Shown piece by piece: positions 18,184-26,809 of a stretch of DNA of 64,000 bases (its first letter is position 1; the number at the start of each line of letters is the position of its first letter). The position numbers were made by a program, and so were the translations under genes. The notes below the pieces were generated by a model, which did no database searches, was not told where the DNA came from, and saw only the letters and a list, made by a program, of their open reading frames with translations. This DNA comes from Myxococcota bacterium (GTDB lineage Bacteria; Myxococcota_A; UBA9160; JAFDDA01), in assembly GCA_965228475.1 (NCBI GenBank), contig OZ245817.1:1504001-1568000 (forward strand), read 5' to 3'.

Positions 18184-18544
18184 TCTCGCGCCCGAGCTGA
18201 CCGGGGCCGAGCGCCGGGTCCTCGAGGAACGTCTCCGGGCGCTTCGGGAGGAGCTCGCGGAAGCGCTCGAGGGCGCCGGCGAAGCCTCGAAGCCGGTGGA
18301 TCTCGACGAGCCGATCGGCCGCGTCTCCCGGATCGATGCGATCCAGCAGCAGCAGATGGCGCGCGCCGGGCGGGAGGGCCTCGTGCTGCGCGCGAAGCAG
18401 GTCCAGGCGGCGCTACTCCGCATCGAGGCGGGGACCTACGGGGAGTGCCTGGCCTGCGAGGAGCCCGTCGGCTTCGCACGGCTCTCGGCGCGGCCGGAGA
18501 CGCCCTTCTGCATCGCCTGCCAGGCGCGGCGCGAGCGGCGCTGA
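18173..18544 (+). CDS. TraR/DksA C4 zinc-finger protein
   Basis: GRVSRIDAIQQQQM; GTYGECLAC...RL.ARPETPFCIACQ. Confidence 0.9.
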   Translation: MLPDLAPELTGAERRVLEERLRALREELAEALEGAGEASKPVDLDEPIGRVSRIDAIQQQQMARAGREGLVLRAKQVQAALLRIEAGTYGECLACEEPVGFARLSARPETPFCIACQARRERR

Positions 18545-18557
18545 GTCTCCGTCGTTT

Positions 18558-19169
18558 CTAGGGTCGGGGCGTTGCCGGCGCGATCACACCATGGAGCAGG
18601 GTCTCGATCACGGTGTCGACCCGCCGCACGCTCACCTCGGCATCGGCGCGCTCGAGCACGAGCAGGGTGTAGGAGACGAACACTTCGGAGATCACGTGGG
18701 CCATGTCCTCGACGGGCAGGTCGGCGCGCACGTCTCCGCGGCGCACGCCCGCCTCGAGGATCTGGGCGATCAGCCGGGGGAGGAGGGCGCGGCCTTCGTC
18801 GAGCACGTCCCCGATGAGGAACCGCACGAGCCCGGCGTCGCGGAGCAGGATGCCGCGCAGCACCGTGCGCGTGCGGGCGAACTCGAGGCAGGCCGCGAGT
18901 ACGAGGCGGATCGTGTGTGCCGTGCCCGGGGTCGTTCGCGCGGCCTCCGCGGCGAGCACCTCGTTCCACTCCTGGAAGACGCGCGCGGCGACCCGGGCGA
19001 ACAGGCCCGGCTTGTCTTCGAAGTAGCGGTAAACCAGCGGCCGCGAGACCTCGGCTGCGGCGGCGACGTCCTCGAGGGTGGTCTTGCGGTAGCCACGCTC
19101 GCCGAAGATCGCCTCGGCGGCGTCGAGAATGGCCCCGTAGCTCGGCGGGCGGCGCGCTTCCTCAGACAT
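18558..19169 (-). CDS. TetR/AcrR family regulator
   Basis: ILDAAEAIFGERGYRKTTLEDVAAAAEVSRPLVYRYF. Confidence 0.92.
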   Translation of the reverse strand: MSEEARRPPSYGAILDAAEAIFGERGYRKTTLEDVAAAAEVSRPLVYRYFEDKPGLFARVAARVFQEWNEVLAAEAARTTPGTAHTIRLVLAACLEFARTRTVLRGILLRDAGLVRFLIGDVLDEGRALLPRLIAQILEAGVRRGDVRADLPVEDMAHVISEVFVSYTLLVLERADAEVSVRRVDTVIETLLHGVIAPATPRP

Positions 19170-19184
19170 ACCGGGGGTTTCTTC

Positions 19185-19256
19185 TGACAGACTTTTCGTC
19201 AACAAACTCGCCCTCAAGGCGCTCAGGAGGTGTATTTTGGTGACGAATCATCATCA
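19185..19256. promoter_or_regulatory. Candidate TetR operators
   Basis: TGAC-N9-GTCA at 19185-19201 and related TGACGAA...ATCA at 19241-19256 between divergent tetR and oxidoreductase. Confidence 0.4.
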
Positions 19257-19282
19257 ACTTGTATACACGAGTGGAGACCCGA

Positions 19283-20674
19283 ATGGCGAGCGATTCCTAC
19301 GACGTGATCATCGTGGGCGGTGGGATGGGCGGCCTGAACCTGGCGGCGCTCCTGGCCAAGGAGGGCCGGCGGGTGCTCGTCCTCGAGAAGGGCCCCCGCT
19401 CCCAGCTCGGCGGCCGGGCCGCGAGCGGCCGCGTCGGCAGCGCCGCCGTCGACAACGGCATCAAGGGTCTGATCATGGTCGGGAGCCAGGACGAGATCTT
19501 CCGCCGCATCGGCAAGACGATGCCGGAGAACGTCTGCCGCTGGACGAGCTCGGGCCAGGTCCACATGAACGGCGAGTGGCGCGACCTCGACAAGCTGATC
19601 CGGGGTTCGCTCGGCGAGTTCGTGAAGCTCTACGTGGAGACCGCGAAGGACTGGAGCTACGAGGAGCTCGAAGCGATCGAGGACGTCTCGATCGAGCAGT
19701 TCGTCCAGGAGCGCACGGACGACCCGGGCGTGATCGACTTCTTCCGCTACCTCGGCTGGCTGTTCGGCGGCACGCGTGCGATCCCGAACGACTTCTCCGC
19801 CGGGGCGCTCTTCTACAGCGTGAAGAAGCAGTACGAGGTGCACGGACACTTCCCGTCGCAGTCCTACTGGGTGAAGGGCGGGAGCGGCGCCATCGCGGGG
19901 CCGCTCATCGAGGCGATCGAGGAGAATGGCGGCGAGATCCGCACGGAGGCGTCGGTCTCACGCATCCTCATCGAACGCGGCCGCGCGCGCGGCGTGGCCC
20001 TCGACGCGAGCCCTCGGCGCGTGCCGACGGAGCTGCCTGAAGCCGAGATCCTCGAGGCGCCCGTCGTGGTGAGCGCCGTCGCCATCTGGGACATCTTCAA
20101 CGTTCTCGACGAAGACGACCTCTCGCCCTGGTACGCGGATCGCCTGCGTCACACCCACCGCAAGGTCGAGAACGATCTCACGCTCACCTTCGGCCACGAC
20201 GACCCGGATCTCTGGGACCACACCGGGATTCGCTGGGTCCAGGAGGGGCCGGTCTCGGGCCGCCCCTGGAGTGCCAGCTCCCTCGAATACTCGGACGATC
20301 CGAACGAGTACCAGGTGACGTTCTGGATGCAGCTCGGCTGGTGGGAGAAGCCGAACTACTTCCAGATCCGCGAGGCGAGCCATCGCAAGGCGCTCGAGGA
20401 GCTGTTCGAGGCCTGGGAGGGCGACGTTCGTGCGCTCTTCCCCGGCGTCGTGGAGAAGGCCCATTGGCGCCTGCGCTCCTTCGGTCCGGCGACCCTGATC
20501 GAGACGCCCGGCAACGTCGGGCGCAACCTCGTGGACGTGAAGGCCGAAGGCGTCGAGGGCCTCTACCTCGTCGGCGAGCGGACGAGTGCCGCCAAGGTGA
20601 TGGGCGTCTACGGGGCGGCGCAGACGGCGCTCGAAGCGGCGCGGCTGATCCTCGAAGACGCGCCGCGCCGCTAG
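19283..20674 (+). CDS. FAD-dependent oxidoreductase (phytoene desaturase-like)
   Basis: DVIIVGGGMGGL...VLVLE...GGRA; C-terminal GLYLVGE. Confidence 0.85.
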   Translation: MASDSYDVIIVGGGMGGLNLAALLAKEGRRVLVLEKGPRSQLGGRAASGRVGSAAVDNGIKGLIMVGSQDEIFRRIGKTMPENVCRWTSSGQVHMNGEWRDLDKLIRGSLGEFVKLYVETAKDWSYEELEAIEDVSIEQFVQERTDDPGVIDFFRYLGWLFGGTRAIPNDFSAGALFYSVKKQYEVHGHFPSQSYWVKGGSGAIAGPLIEAIEENGGEIRTEASVSRILIERGRARGVALDASPRRVPTELPEAEILEAPVVVSAVAIWDIFNVLDEDDLSPWYADRLRHTHRKVENDLTLTFGHDDPDLWDHTGIRWVQEGPVSGRPWSASSLEYSDDPNEYQVTFWMQLGWWEKPNYFQIREASHRKALEELFEAWEGDVRALFPGVVEKAHWRLRSFGPATLIETPGNVGRNLVDVKAEGVEGLYLVGERTSAAKVMGVYGAAQTALEAARLILEDAPRR

Positions 20675-20751
20675 TGGCTCCGCCTGGGACGATCCGGAGC
20701 CGCCCGGCGCGCTAGGATCCGGCGCCGCTGCGGGGCGGTTCGGGAGAGAGC

Positions 20752-21852
20752 GTGGTCGCGAGCGTGCAGCCGGAAAAGTCCGCCGCCGGAGGGCGAATCG
20801 AAGCCTTCGACGGTCTGCGCGGCTACGCGGCGCTGACGGTCGCCATCTCCCACTGCCTGACGGCGGTGGCGCTCTCCGCCGAGGAGCGCTGGCTCGTCGC
20901 GGACACGCCGTTGGCGGTCTTCCTGCGGCCGGCCGGGGCGGTGCAGCTCTTCTTCGTGCTCTCGGGCTACGTGCTGGCCTTCTCGCTCTCCCGCGGCGGA
21001 GGACTCGCGGACGTCGGCGTCTACTACGCGCGGCGCGTGTTCCGCATCTACCTTCCCTATGCGGCGGCCCTCGGGGTCGCCTGGCTCGCGGCGTTCCAGT
21101 ACCCCGTCACGCCGCCGGGCCAGGGCCTCACGCGTTGGATCCGGAACTACGCGGGGATCCACGTCGACGCCGCCGCACTCCCGGGCTTTCTCTGGCTCCC
21201 GAGCATGGCCGGCGGACAGCTGCCCGTCGGCTGGTCCCTGCGGGTCGAGGTGATCTTCTCGCTGCTCCTCCCGCTCATGTTGCTGTTGGCGCGCCGCCTC
21301 CACTGGGCGCTGCTCGTGCCGCTCGCGCTGGCCGCGGTCTCCTGGGGGAACAGCCTGCAGACGCCGCGCTTCGCCCTCGACTTCACCCTGGGGATCATCG
21401 TCTTCCTCGAACGGGAACGGCTGGCGGCGCTGGTCGCGCGGATCCCGAAGCCGGTCGTACCGCTCTGCGTCGCCGCGGCGGCGATGCTCTTCGCCTTTCC
21501 GGGCGGGCTCGGCCCGGTCTCCGGAAGCGACCTCGAGGTCGTGGCGATGGGTCTCGGGAACGCCGCGCTGCTCCTGTTCGTGGCGGAGGTGCCCTGGCTC
21601 GGCGCGCTGTTCGCGAGCCGCCCGATGGTCTTTCTCGGGCGGGTCTCGTACAGCCTCTATCTGCTGCACTTCACGGTGCTGATCCTGCTGGCGCCGCACC
21701 TCGTGGGCCGCCAGCCGACGCTCCTCGACGGAGCGATCCTGACCGTCGCGGTTCTCGCGGTCTCTTTGGTGGCCTCGGAGATCTTCTACCGCGTCGTCGA
21801 GCGTCCCTCGATCGACATCGGTCACGCGCTCTCGCGGCGGCTGCGGGGCTAG
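20752..21852 (+). CDS. Acyltransferase 3 (OafA-like) membrane protein
   Basis: DGLRG, FFVLSGY, RRVFRIY, WSLRVE, GRVSYSLYL. Confidence 0.9.
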   Translation: MVASVQPEKSAAGGRIEAFDGLRGYAALTVAISHCLTAVALSAEERWLVADTPLAVFLRPAGAVQLFFVLSGYVLAFSLSRGGGLADVGVYYARRVFRIYLPYAAALGVAWLAAFQYPVTPPGQGLTRWIRNYAGIHVDAAALPGFLWLPSMAGGQLPVGWSLRVEVIFSLLLPLMLLLARRLHWALLVPLALAAVSWGNSLQTPRFALDFTLGIIVFLERERLAALVARIPKPVVPLCVAAAAMLFAFPGGLGPVSGSDLEVVAMGLGNAALLLFVAEVPWLGALFASRPMVFLGRVSYSLYLLHFTVLILLAPHLVGRQPTLLDGAILTVAVLAVSLVASEIFYRVVERPSIDIGHALSRRLRG

Positions 21853-21865
21853 ACCGGGCGGCGGC

Positions 21866-22609
21866 CTACTTCTTGCCGCCGTAGCTCGAGCCCGGCCCGT
21901 AGCTCTTGCCCTTGCTCCCGCCGAGGGGCGGCGTCGGGTGGCTCGGGATCTCCGGAATGCTCGGGATGTCGGGCAGGAGCCCGCGCTGGCCGGGGTTGCT
22001 CGTCGGGAGGCCCTGGTCCTGGGCGTTGAGCGGCGCCTTCTTCTTGGCGGCCCCCGCGGCCTTCTTCCGGGCCGCCTTCTTGCCGCTGCCCCTGGGCGGT
22101 GCGCTCCCCGCGCCGCCCTTGCCCTCGGCGTTCTTCGGATTGACCGTGCCCTTGCCCTTGCGGATGTCGCGCTTGCCCCACTGGACGTCGTCGAGGTCGA
22201 TCTTGCCGTCCTCGTTCTTGACCTTGAGCTTGCCCTTCACCTTCGTCTTCTTCACGGTGATGTTGTTCTTCCCGAGCTCGTCCTTGACTTCGACGTCCTT
22301 CGGGCCGGAGAGACCCCGCACCTCGACGTTGTCGTCGCCGCCGCGCAGGTTGACCTTGAGCTTCCCCGTCACCTTCTTGCCGGTGGTGTGGCTCTTGCCG
22401 CCGTTCACCTTCGTCGTGCCGTTGCCCTTCACGGTGATCGTGCCGTTCTTGTTCTGGGTGATGGTGACGTCGTCCTTGCCGGCGCCGCCGTTGACGCGCA
22501 GGCCGCCCTTGCCGTCGACCTGGCCGACCTGGACGTCCGCCAGGGCGGGCGCCCCCAGGAGCAGTGCGAGGCTCATCCAAAAAGCGAAGTGTGCATGGGC
22601 TCGGCTCAT
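21866..22609 (-). CDS. Secreted Lys/Gly-rich hypothetical protein
   Basis: Signal peptide ending ALA-D, repetitive beta-strand GG-DD-V motifs, basic/Pro-rich tail. Confidence 0.7.
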   Translation of the reverse strand: MSRAHAHFAFWMSLALLLGAPALADVQVGQVDGKGGLRVNGGAGKDDVTITQNKNGTITVKGNGTTKVNGGKSHTTGKKVTGKLKVNLRGGDDNVEVRGLSGPKDVEVKDELGKNNITVKKTKVKGKLKVKNEDGKIDLDDVQWGKRDIRKGKGTVNPKNAEGKGGAGSAPPRGSGKKAARKKAAGAAKKKAPLNAQDQGLPTSNPGQRGLLPDIPSIPEIPSHPTPPLGGSKGKSYGPGSSYGGKK

Positions 22610-22702
22610 GGGATCCCCCGCGGTGGTCGAGAACATCGCGCGCCGGCGCTCGCGAACAGGGAGAGCATCGCGTCTCCATGGCCGCTCGTCTACCGTTCGG
22701 CC

Positions 22703-23740
22703 ATGCGCCGCTTCGCCGCCATCGTTCTCGCCCTCGTCGCGACGCTGGCGCTCCTCGAGCTGGGGGCGATCGCCCTGGCTCGCTCGGACGTCCTGGTCGT
22801 GCCGCGTCCGCATCACGGGAACACCGGTTTCTGGTGGCACGATCACCCCACCTTCGGTGCCTGGCACCATCCGGACAGTGAGGGCGATCACAACGGCGCC
22901 TGCTACAAGGCCCGCTACGAGACGAACGACGTCGGCGCCCGGGACGTCGATCGCCCCGAGCGCGCGGCGTCGCGCCGGGTGGTGGTGCTGGGCGACTCCT
23001 TCCTCGAGGGCTACGGCGTCAACGCCGAGAACCGCTTCTCGAACCTGCTCGAGCGCGAGACCGGCGTCCCGCACCTGAACTTCGCCATGGCGGGCTTCGG
23101 GCCGTACCAGCAGCTCCTCGTCTACGAGGCGCTCGCGAAGCGCTACGACCACGAGGCCGTGATCGTCTCGATCTTTCCCGGGAACGACTTCGCGGATCTC
23201 GACCCCCGCGAGTGCGCGGCCCTCGGAGACCCGGACTACTGCTATCGGCCGTTCCTGGTGGACTCGGGGGATGGGTTCGAGCATCACGTGCGGCGGGAGT
23301 CGGGGCTTCGCAGGCAGCTGCGTCTGCACAGCCAGGCGTGGAACGCCCTCGCGGCGGTCGCGCGCGGTCGCGCTGCGCAGGAGGCCGGCGGGACGGGCTC
23401 GCGCTTCTACGACTTCGCGGCGGAGAACCAGGCGGTGCTCGAGGCGGTGCTCGATCGCTTCGTGACGGCGGCCGCGGGCAAGGAGCTCGTCCTGCTGCTC
23501 ATCCCGAAGGCGTCCGATCTCGCGGCCTTCCTCGAGCGCGGGCCCGCACCGCTCTCGGGCTGGCTCGCCGGCTGGGCCGAGCGCAACGGCGCCGCGCTCG
23601 TGGACCTCCTCCCCGCGATGGCGCAGCACTCCCGCCGCTGGGACCCGTACTACCTGGCCTGCGACTTTCACTGGAGTCCGTACGGGAACCGCGTCGCGAG
23701 CGAACTCTTCTTGAAGCAGCTCGCGGGCTGGGGCGGCTAG
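22703..23740 (+). CDS. SGNH/GDSL hydrolase family protein
   Basis: N-terminal TM, LGDSF, GND, DFHW. Confidence 0.85.
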   Translation: MRRFAAIVLALVATLALLELGAIALARSDVLVVPRPHHGNTGFWWHDHPTFGAWHHPDSEGDHNGACYKARYETNDVGARDVDRPERAASRRVVVLGDSFLEGYGVNAENRFSNLLERETGVPHLNFAMAGFGPYQQLLVYEALAKRYDHEAVIVSIFPGNDFADLDPRECAALGDPDYCYRPFLVDSGDGFEHHVRRESGLRRQLRLHSQAWNALAAVARGRAAQEAGGTGSRFYDFAAENQAVLEAVLDRFVTAAAGKELVLLLIPKASDLAAFLERGPAPLSGWLAGWAERNGAALVDLLPAMAQHSRRWDPYYLACDFHWSPYGNRVASELFLKQLAGWGG

Positions 23741-23745
23741 CCCGC

Positions 23746-24519
23746 TCAGCGCTTGCGGGCCTTCGCCTTCTTTCCCGGCGGGGCCGGGCGCGCGGCCTCG
23801 CTGTGGGGCGCCGGCTTCCTGCGCTCGGGATGGACGCAGATCTGGTCGACCAGGAGCGCGAACGCCCGCGCCTCGTAGTCGAGCTCTTCCAGCACGTCGA
23901 GTCCGAGCAGGTAGGCGTGGATGCGGAACGTGTTCAGACCGATGAAGCGCCAGGCGATGAGGTCGCAGTCGAGATCGGGGAGGAACTCTCCGTTCTCGAC
24001 GCCTTCCTCGAGGATCTGGCGCACCATGTCCGCGTTGCGCTCGACCGAGGCCTTCACGAAGCCCGCGAGCTCCCGGTCCGATTGCAGCTCCGTCACGACG
24101 AGGGCGTTGAAGATCGCGCGATCGCCGAGCCCGCGGGAGCGGACGGCCTCGCCGAGCGCCCAGAGGCGGTCCCGGGTGGTGGAGGTGGCGTCCCGCGAGC
24201 GCGCCAGGTCGATCGTGTTGGGGCCGACGGTCCAGGCCACCGCCGCGCGGATCAGCTCCACGCGGCTTCCGAAGATCCGGTAGATCTGCGCCAGGGTGCA
24301 GTCCGCGCGCTCGGCGACGGCCCGCATGCTGACCTTGTGGATCGAGCCGCGCTTCACCGATTCCTCGACGAAGGCCACGAGGATCGAGGCGCTCCGGACC
24401 GCCGAGGGGACCCGCGAGCGGCGCTCCTTCCCGCTCGCCGTCTTCTTCCTGCTCGCCGTCGTCTTCCGCTTGCGCGCCGCCACGGAGGCATCTTCGGGGA
24501 TTTGTCGCACCGCTGCCAT
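23746..24519 (-). CDS. TetR family regulator (start uncertain, 24483 or 24519)
   Basis: VSMRAVAERADCTLAQIYRIFGS HTH; EEGVENGEF C-terminal motif. Confidence 0.8.
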   Translation of the reverse strand: MAAVRQIPEDASVAARKRKTTASRKKTASGKERRSRVPSAVRSASILVAFVEESVKRGSIHKVSMRAVAERADCTLAQIYRIFGSRVELIRAAVAWTVGPNTIDLARSRDATSTTRDRLWALGEAVRSRGLGDRAIFNALVVTELQSDRELAGFVKASVERNADMVRQILEEGVENGEFLPDLDCDLIAWRFIGLNTFRIHAYLLGLDVLEELDYEARAFALLVDQICVHPERRKPAPHSEAARPAPPGKKAKARKR

Positions 24520-24554
24520 TCCCGGCGAGGGGCCCGGCGGCGGGCCCCCGCGCC

Positions 24555-26621
24555 TCAGTTCGTTCCGTTGTCCTCTTCCGCCGGCACGAGTTCGAGGAAG
24601 AGGCCCGTGAAGCCCTGATCCCGGACCGACTCCACCGGGCCGAGGCCGAAGCCGAGCAGCGTCGGGAGATCGAAGGCGGCGATGGCGTTGGTGAGCTTCG
24701 GGAGGATCTCCTGCTCGAGGAAGCTGCCGTTGGCGATGAAGAGATCCACCAGGGCCGTCGGCGGAATCCACTGGGCGAGCGGCGTGGTCAGGTAGGCCTC
24801 GATGGTGGTGAAGCTCGCATCGGGGGCGCACGTCGGCGTCCCGCTGCACGTCTCGATGTCGAACTCGAGCTTCGTGTCGGGGACGAAGCCCGGCGGATAG
24901 ATCACGCCGCCGGCGTACGGGTCGTCGATCACGGCCGAGATCCCGCCGTTCAGGCGGAGGATGCCGCGCACCAGAAGCGCCGGGCCGCGCCGGAGCTCCA
25001 TCACCATTCCGGCCAGCTGCAGCGCGGATTGAGAGGTCAGCGGCCCGGCGCTGCCGGTCAGGATCGGCGCGGCGGTCGGGGAGTAGCGAATGGACATCGC
25101 GTCCGTGGGGGCGATGTCGTTCTGGAGCTCCGGCGGGATCGTCCCGAAGAGGCAGGCGCCCGTCAGGGTGGGGGAGCCCGTCGGCGTCCCATCGTCGCAG
25201 CTCGGGTCTTCCGTGATCTCCCCGGAGAGGCCGCCGGTCTCCACGAAGCCTGCGAAGAGCTGGTTCATGAAGCTGTCCGAGAGGCCGATTCCGAGGTCGA
25301 AGGGCAGGGCGCCCGGCGAGAGTGCTCCCCAGACCGGCGGGCTCACCGGAACGCGGAAGCGCTCGGGGGGCAGCGCCGGGCACGCACCGTCGAAGAGCTG
25401 CCCCTGGGCGCAGAGCGTGTCGTTCGCCACCGCAGCGGTGTCCACCATGTAGCGGATGCCGTCGACGTCCTCGTCGATCGCGACGATCGAGGAGTTCAGG
25501 TCCATCATGAGCGTGGGTTCGATGGCCTGGGCGATGCCGAGCGCGTTGATCTCGGCTTCGACCGCGTCCGCGATCACCGAGCCGCCGCCCGGCGGGTTCA
25601 GGCTGTCGGCGACGAGGGTGAGCGCGCTCGCCTCGAAGTCCGCGCCGAGCGTGCCGACCAGATAGGCCTCGAAGGTGCTGTAGGCGCAGGGTCCCAGCGT
25701 GAAGTCGACGGTGAAGGTGCCGAAGGCGACGGCGAGGTTCGTCTGGGTGACGTCGATCTGGGGGCTCGCCGGGGTCTGATCGAGCTGCGCATCGACCATG
25801 AGCGGGTCGATGGTGACGGTGCCTTCGCAGTAGATGAGCGGCGCGCCCGGCGGCGTGAACGGGTCGTGCAGCTTGAAGTCGACCTCGAGGGCCGGCAGCG
25901 CGACGCCGAGATGGGTCACGCCGGCGCTCGGCGTGATGTCCACGCTCGGTTCTCCGTGGGTGACGGTCTCCACGAACACGTCGATCGGAAGGCCGCCTTC
26001 CGTGACGCAATCCTGGGTCGGGTCGATCTCGGGGAAGCAAAGACCGCCGAAGCTCGTGCCCTCGAGGGCCGTGAGATCGAGGCTCCCCGTCACGGTGGGC
26101 GCGACGAAGTCGGCGATGGCGTCGAGACCCGGCTGGGCCAGGCGGAGCGCGATCCCGTTCTCCGTCGATGCGTTCCACTGTTCGCCCGGATCCTCGCCGA
26201 CGACGAGGGTGACGTGGGCGCGGCGCTGGAAGGCGTTGTTGGTCGAGTCCGTCAGTACCGCGATCACCGTGTTCAGGTGGGGCTCCGCGTCGGCGCCCGG
26301 GACCCGGTAGTCGATCGGGACGGCCGCGCTGAAGGTGACCGGGTTGGTGTCGTGGACGGTCGCCTGGATCGGGCTGCCGAGAATTCCGTTCACGTAGAGC
26401 TCGACGACCGCGTCGGCGGCGGCGAGGCCCTCGTAGCGGAACTTCCCGGTCACCAGGACGTCGTCGCTCGGGCTTCCGGGGGTCGGCGAGGAAAGCTCGT
26501 GGAAGCTGCCCATGGCCGGCGAGTCGAACTTCAGCGGCACGTTCGTGCTGCACGCTCCCATTCCGGAGTAGAGGCCTGCCAGGACGGTCAGGGCGGCGAA
26601 CGCCCAGCGCTGCACGCTCAT
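24555..26621 (-). CDS. Lipoprotein, Ig-like + BPI/LBP(TULIP)-like domains (paralog A)
   Basis: GMGAC lipobox-like; GIALRLAQPGLDAI and IGLSDSFMNQLF motifs; fold inferred by eye. Confidence 0.6.
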   Translation of the reverse strand: MSVQRWAFAALTVLAGLYSGMGACSTNVPLKFDSPAMGSFHELSSPTPGSPSDDVLVTGKFRYEGLAAADAVVELYVNGILGSPIQATVHDTNPVTFSAAVPIDYRVPGADAEPHLNTVIAVLTDSTNNAFQRRAHVTLVVGEDPGEQWNASTENGIALRLAQPGLDAIADFVAPTVTGSLDLTALEGTSFGGLCFPEIDPTQDCVTEGGLPIDVFVETVTHGEPSVDITPSAGVTHLGVALPALEVDFKLHDPFTPPGAPLIYCEGTVTIDPLMVDAQLDQTPASPQIDVTQTNLAVAFGTFTVDFTLGPCAYSTFEAYLVGTLGADFEASALTLVADSLNPPGGGSVIADAVEAEINALGIAQAIEPTLMMDLNSSIVAIDEDVDGIRYMVDTAAVANDTLCAQGQLFDGACPALPPERFRVPVSPPVWGALSPGALPFDLGIGLSDSFMNQLFAGFVETGGLSGEITEDPSCDDGTPTGSPTLTGACLFGTIPPELQNDIAPTDAMSIRYSPTAAPILTGSAGPLTSQSALQLAGMVMELRRGPALLVRGILRLNGGISAVIDDPYAGGVIYPPGFVPDTKLEFDIETCSGTPTCAPDASFTTIEAYLTTPLAQWIPPTALVDLFIANGSFLEQEILPKLTNAIAAFDLPTLLGFGLGPVESVRDQGFTGLFLELVPAEEDNGTN

Positions 26622-26634
26622 GTCGGACTCCTTC

Positions 26635-26770
26635 GATATCATTAGATATCTTTTATTGATCTCTTGAGTGATATAAAACTTATATAAATCAATTATTTAA
26701 AGATCGAAAAGAACCACTGGAAACAATCTATCACAGATTTTGATTGCAAACGTTATCAATTGAGCGTAGA
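26635..26770. promoter_or_regulatory. AT-rich divergent promoter region with IHF consensus
   Basis: AATCAA-TTAT-TTA (26687-26699) fits WATCAANNNNTTR; GATATC-ATTA-GATATC; TTGAT-N10-ATCAA (26740-26759). Confidence 0.65.
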
Positions 26771-26809
26771 TCGGTTTTCGACGGGCTTCGCCCCGGGGAG
26801 GAGGATTCG

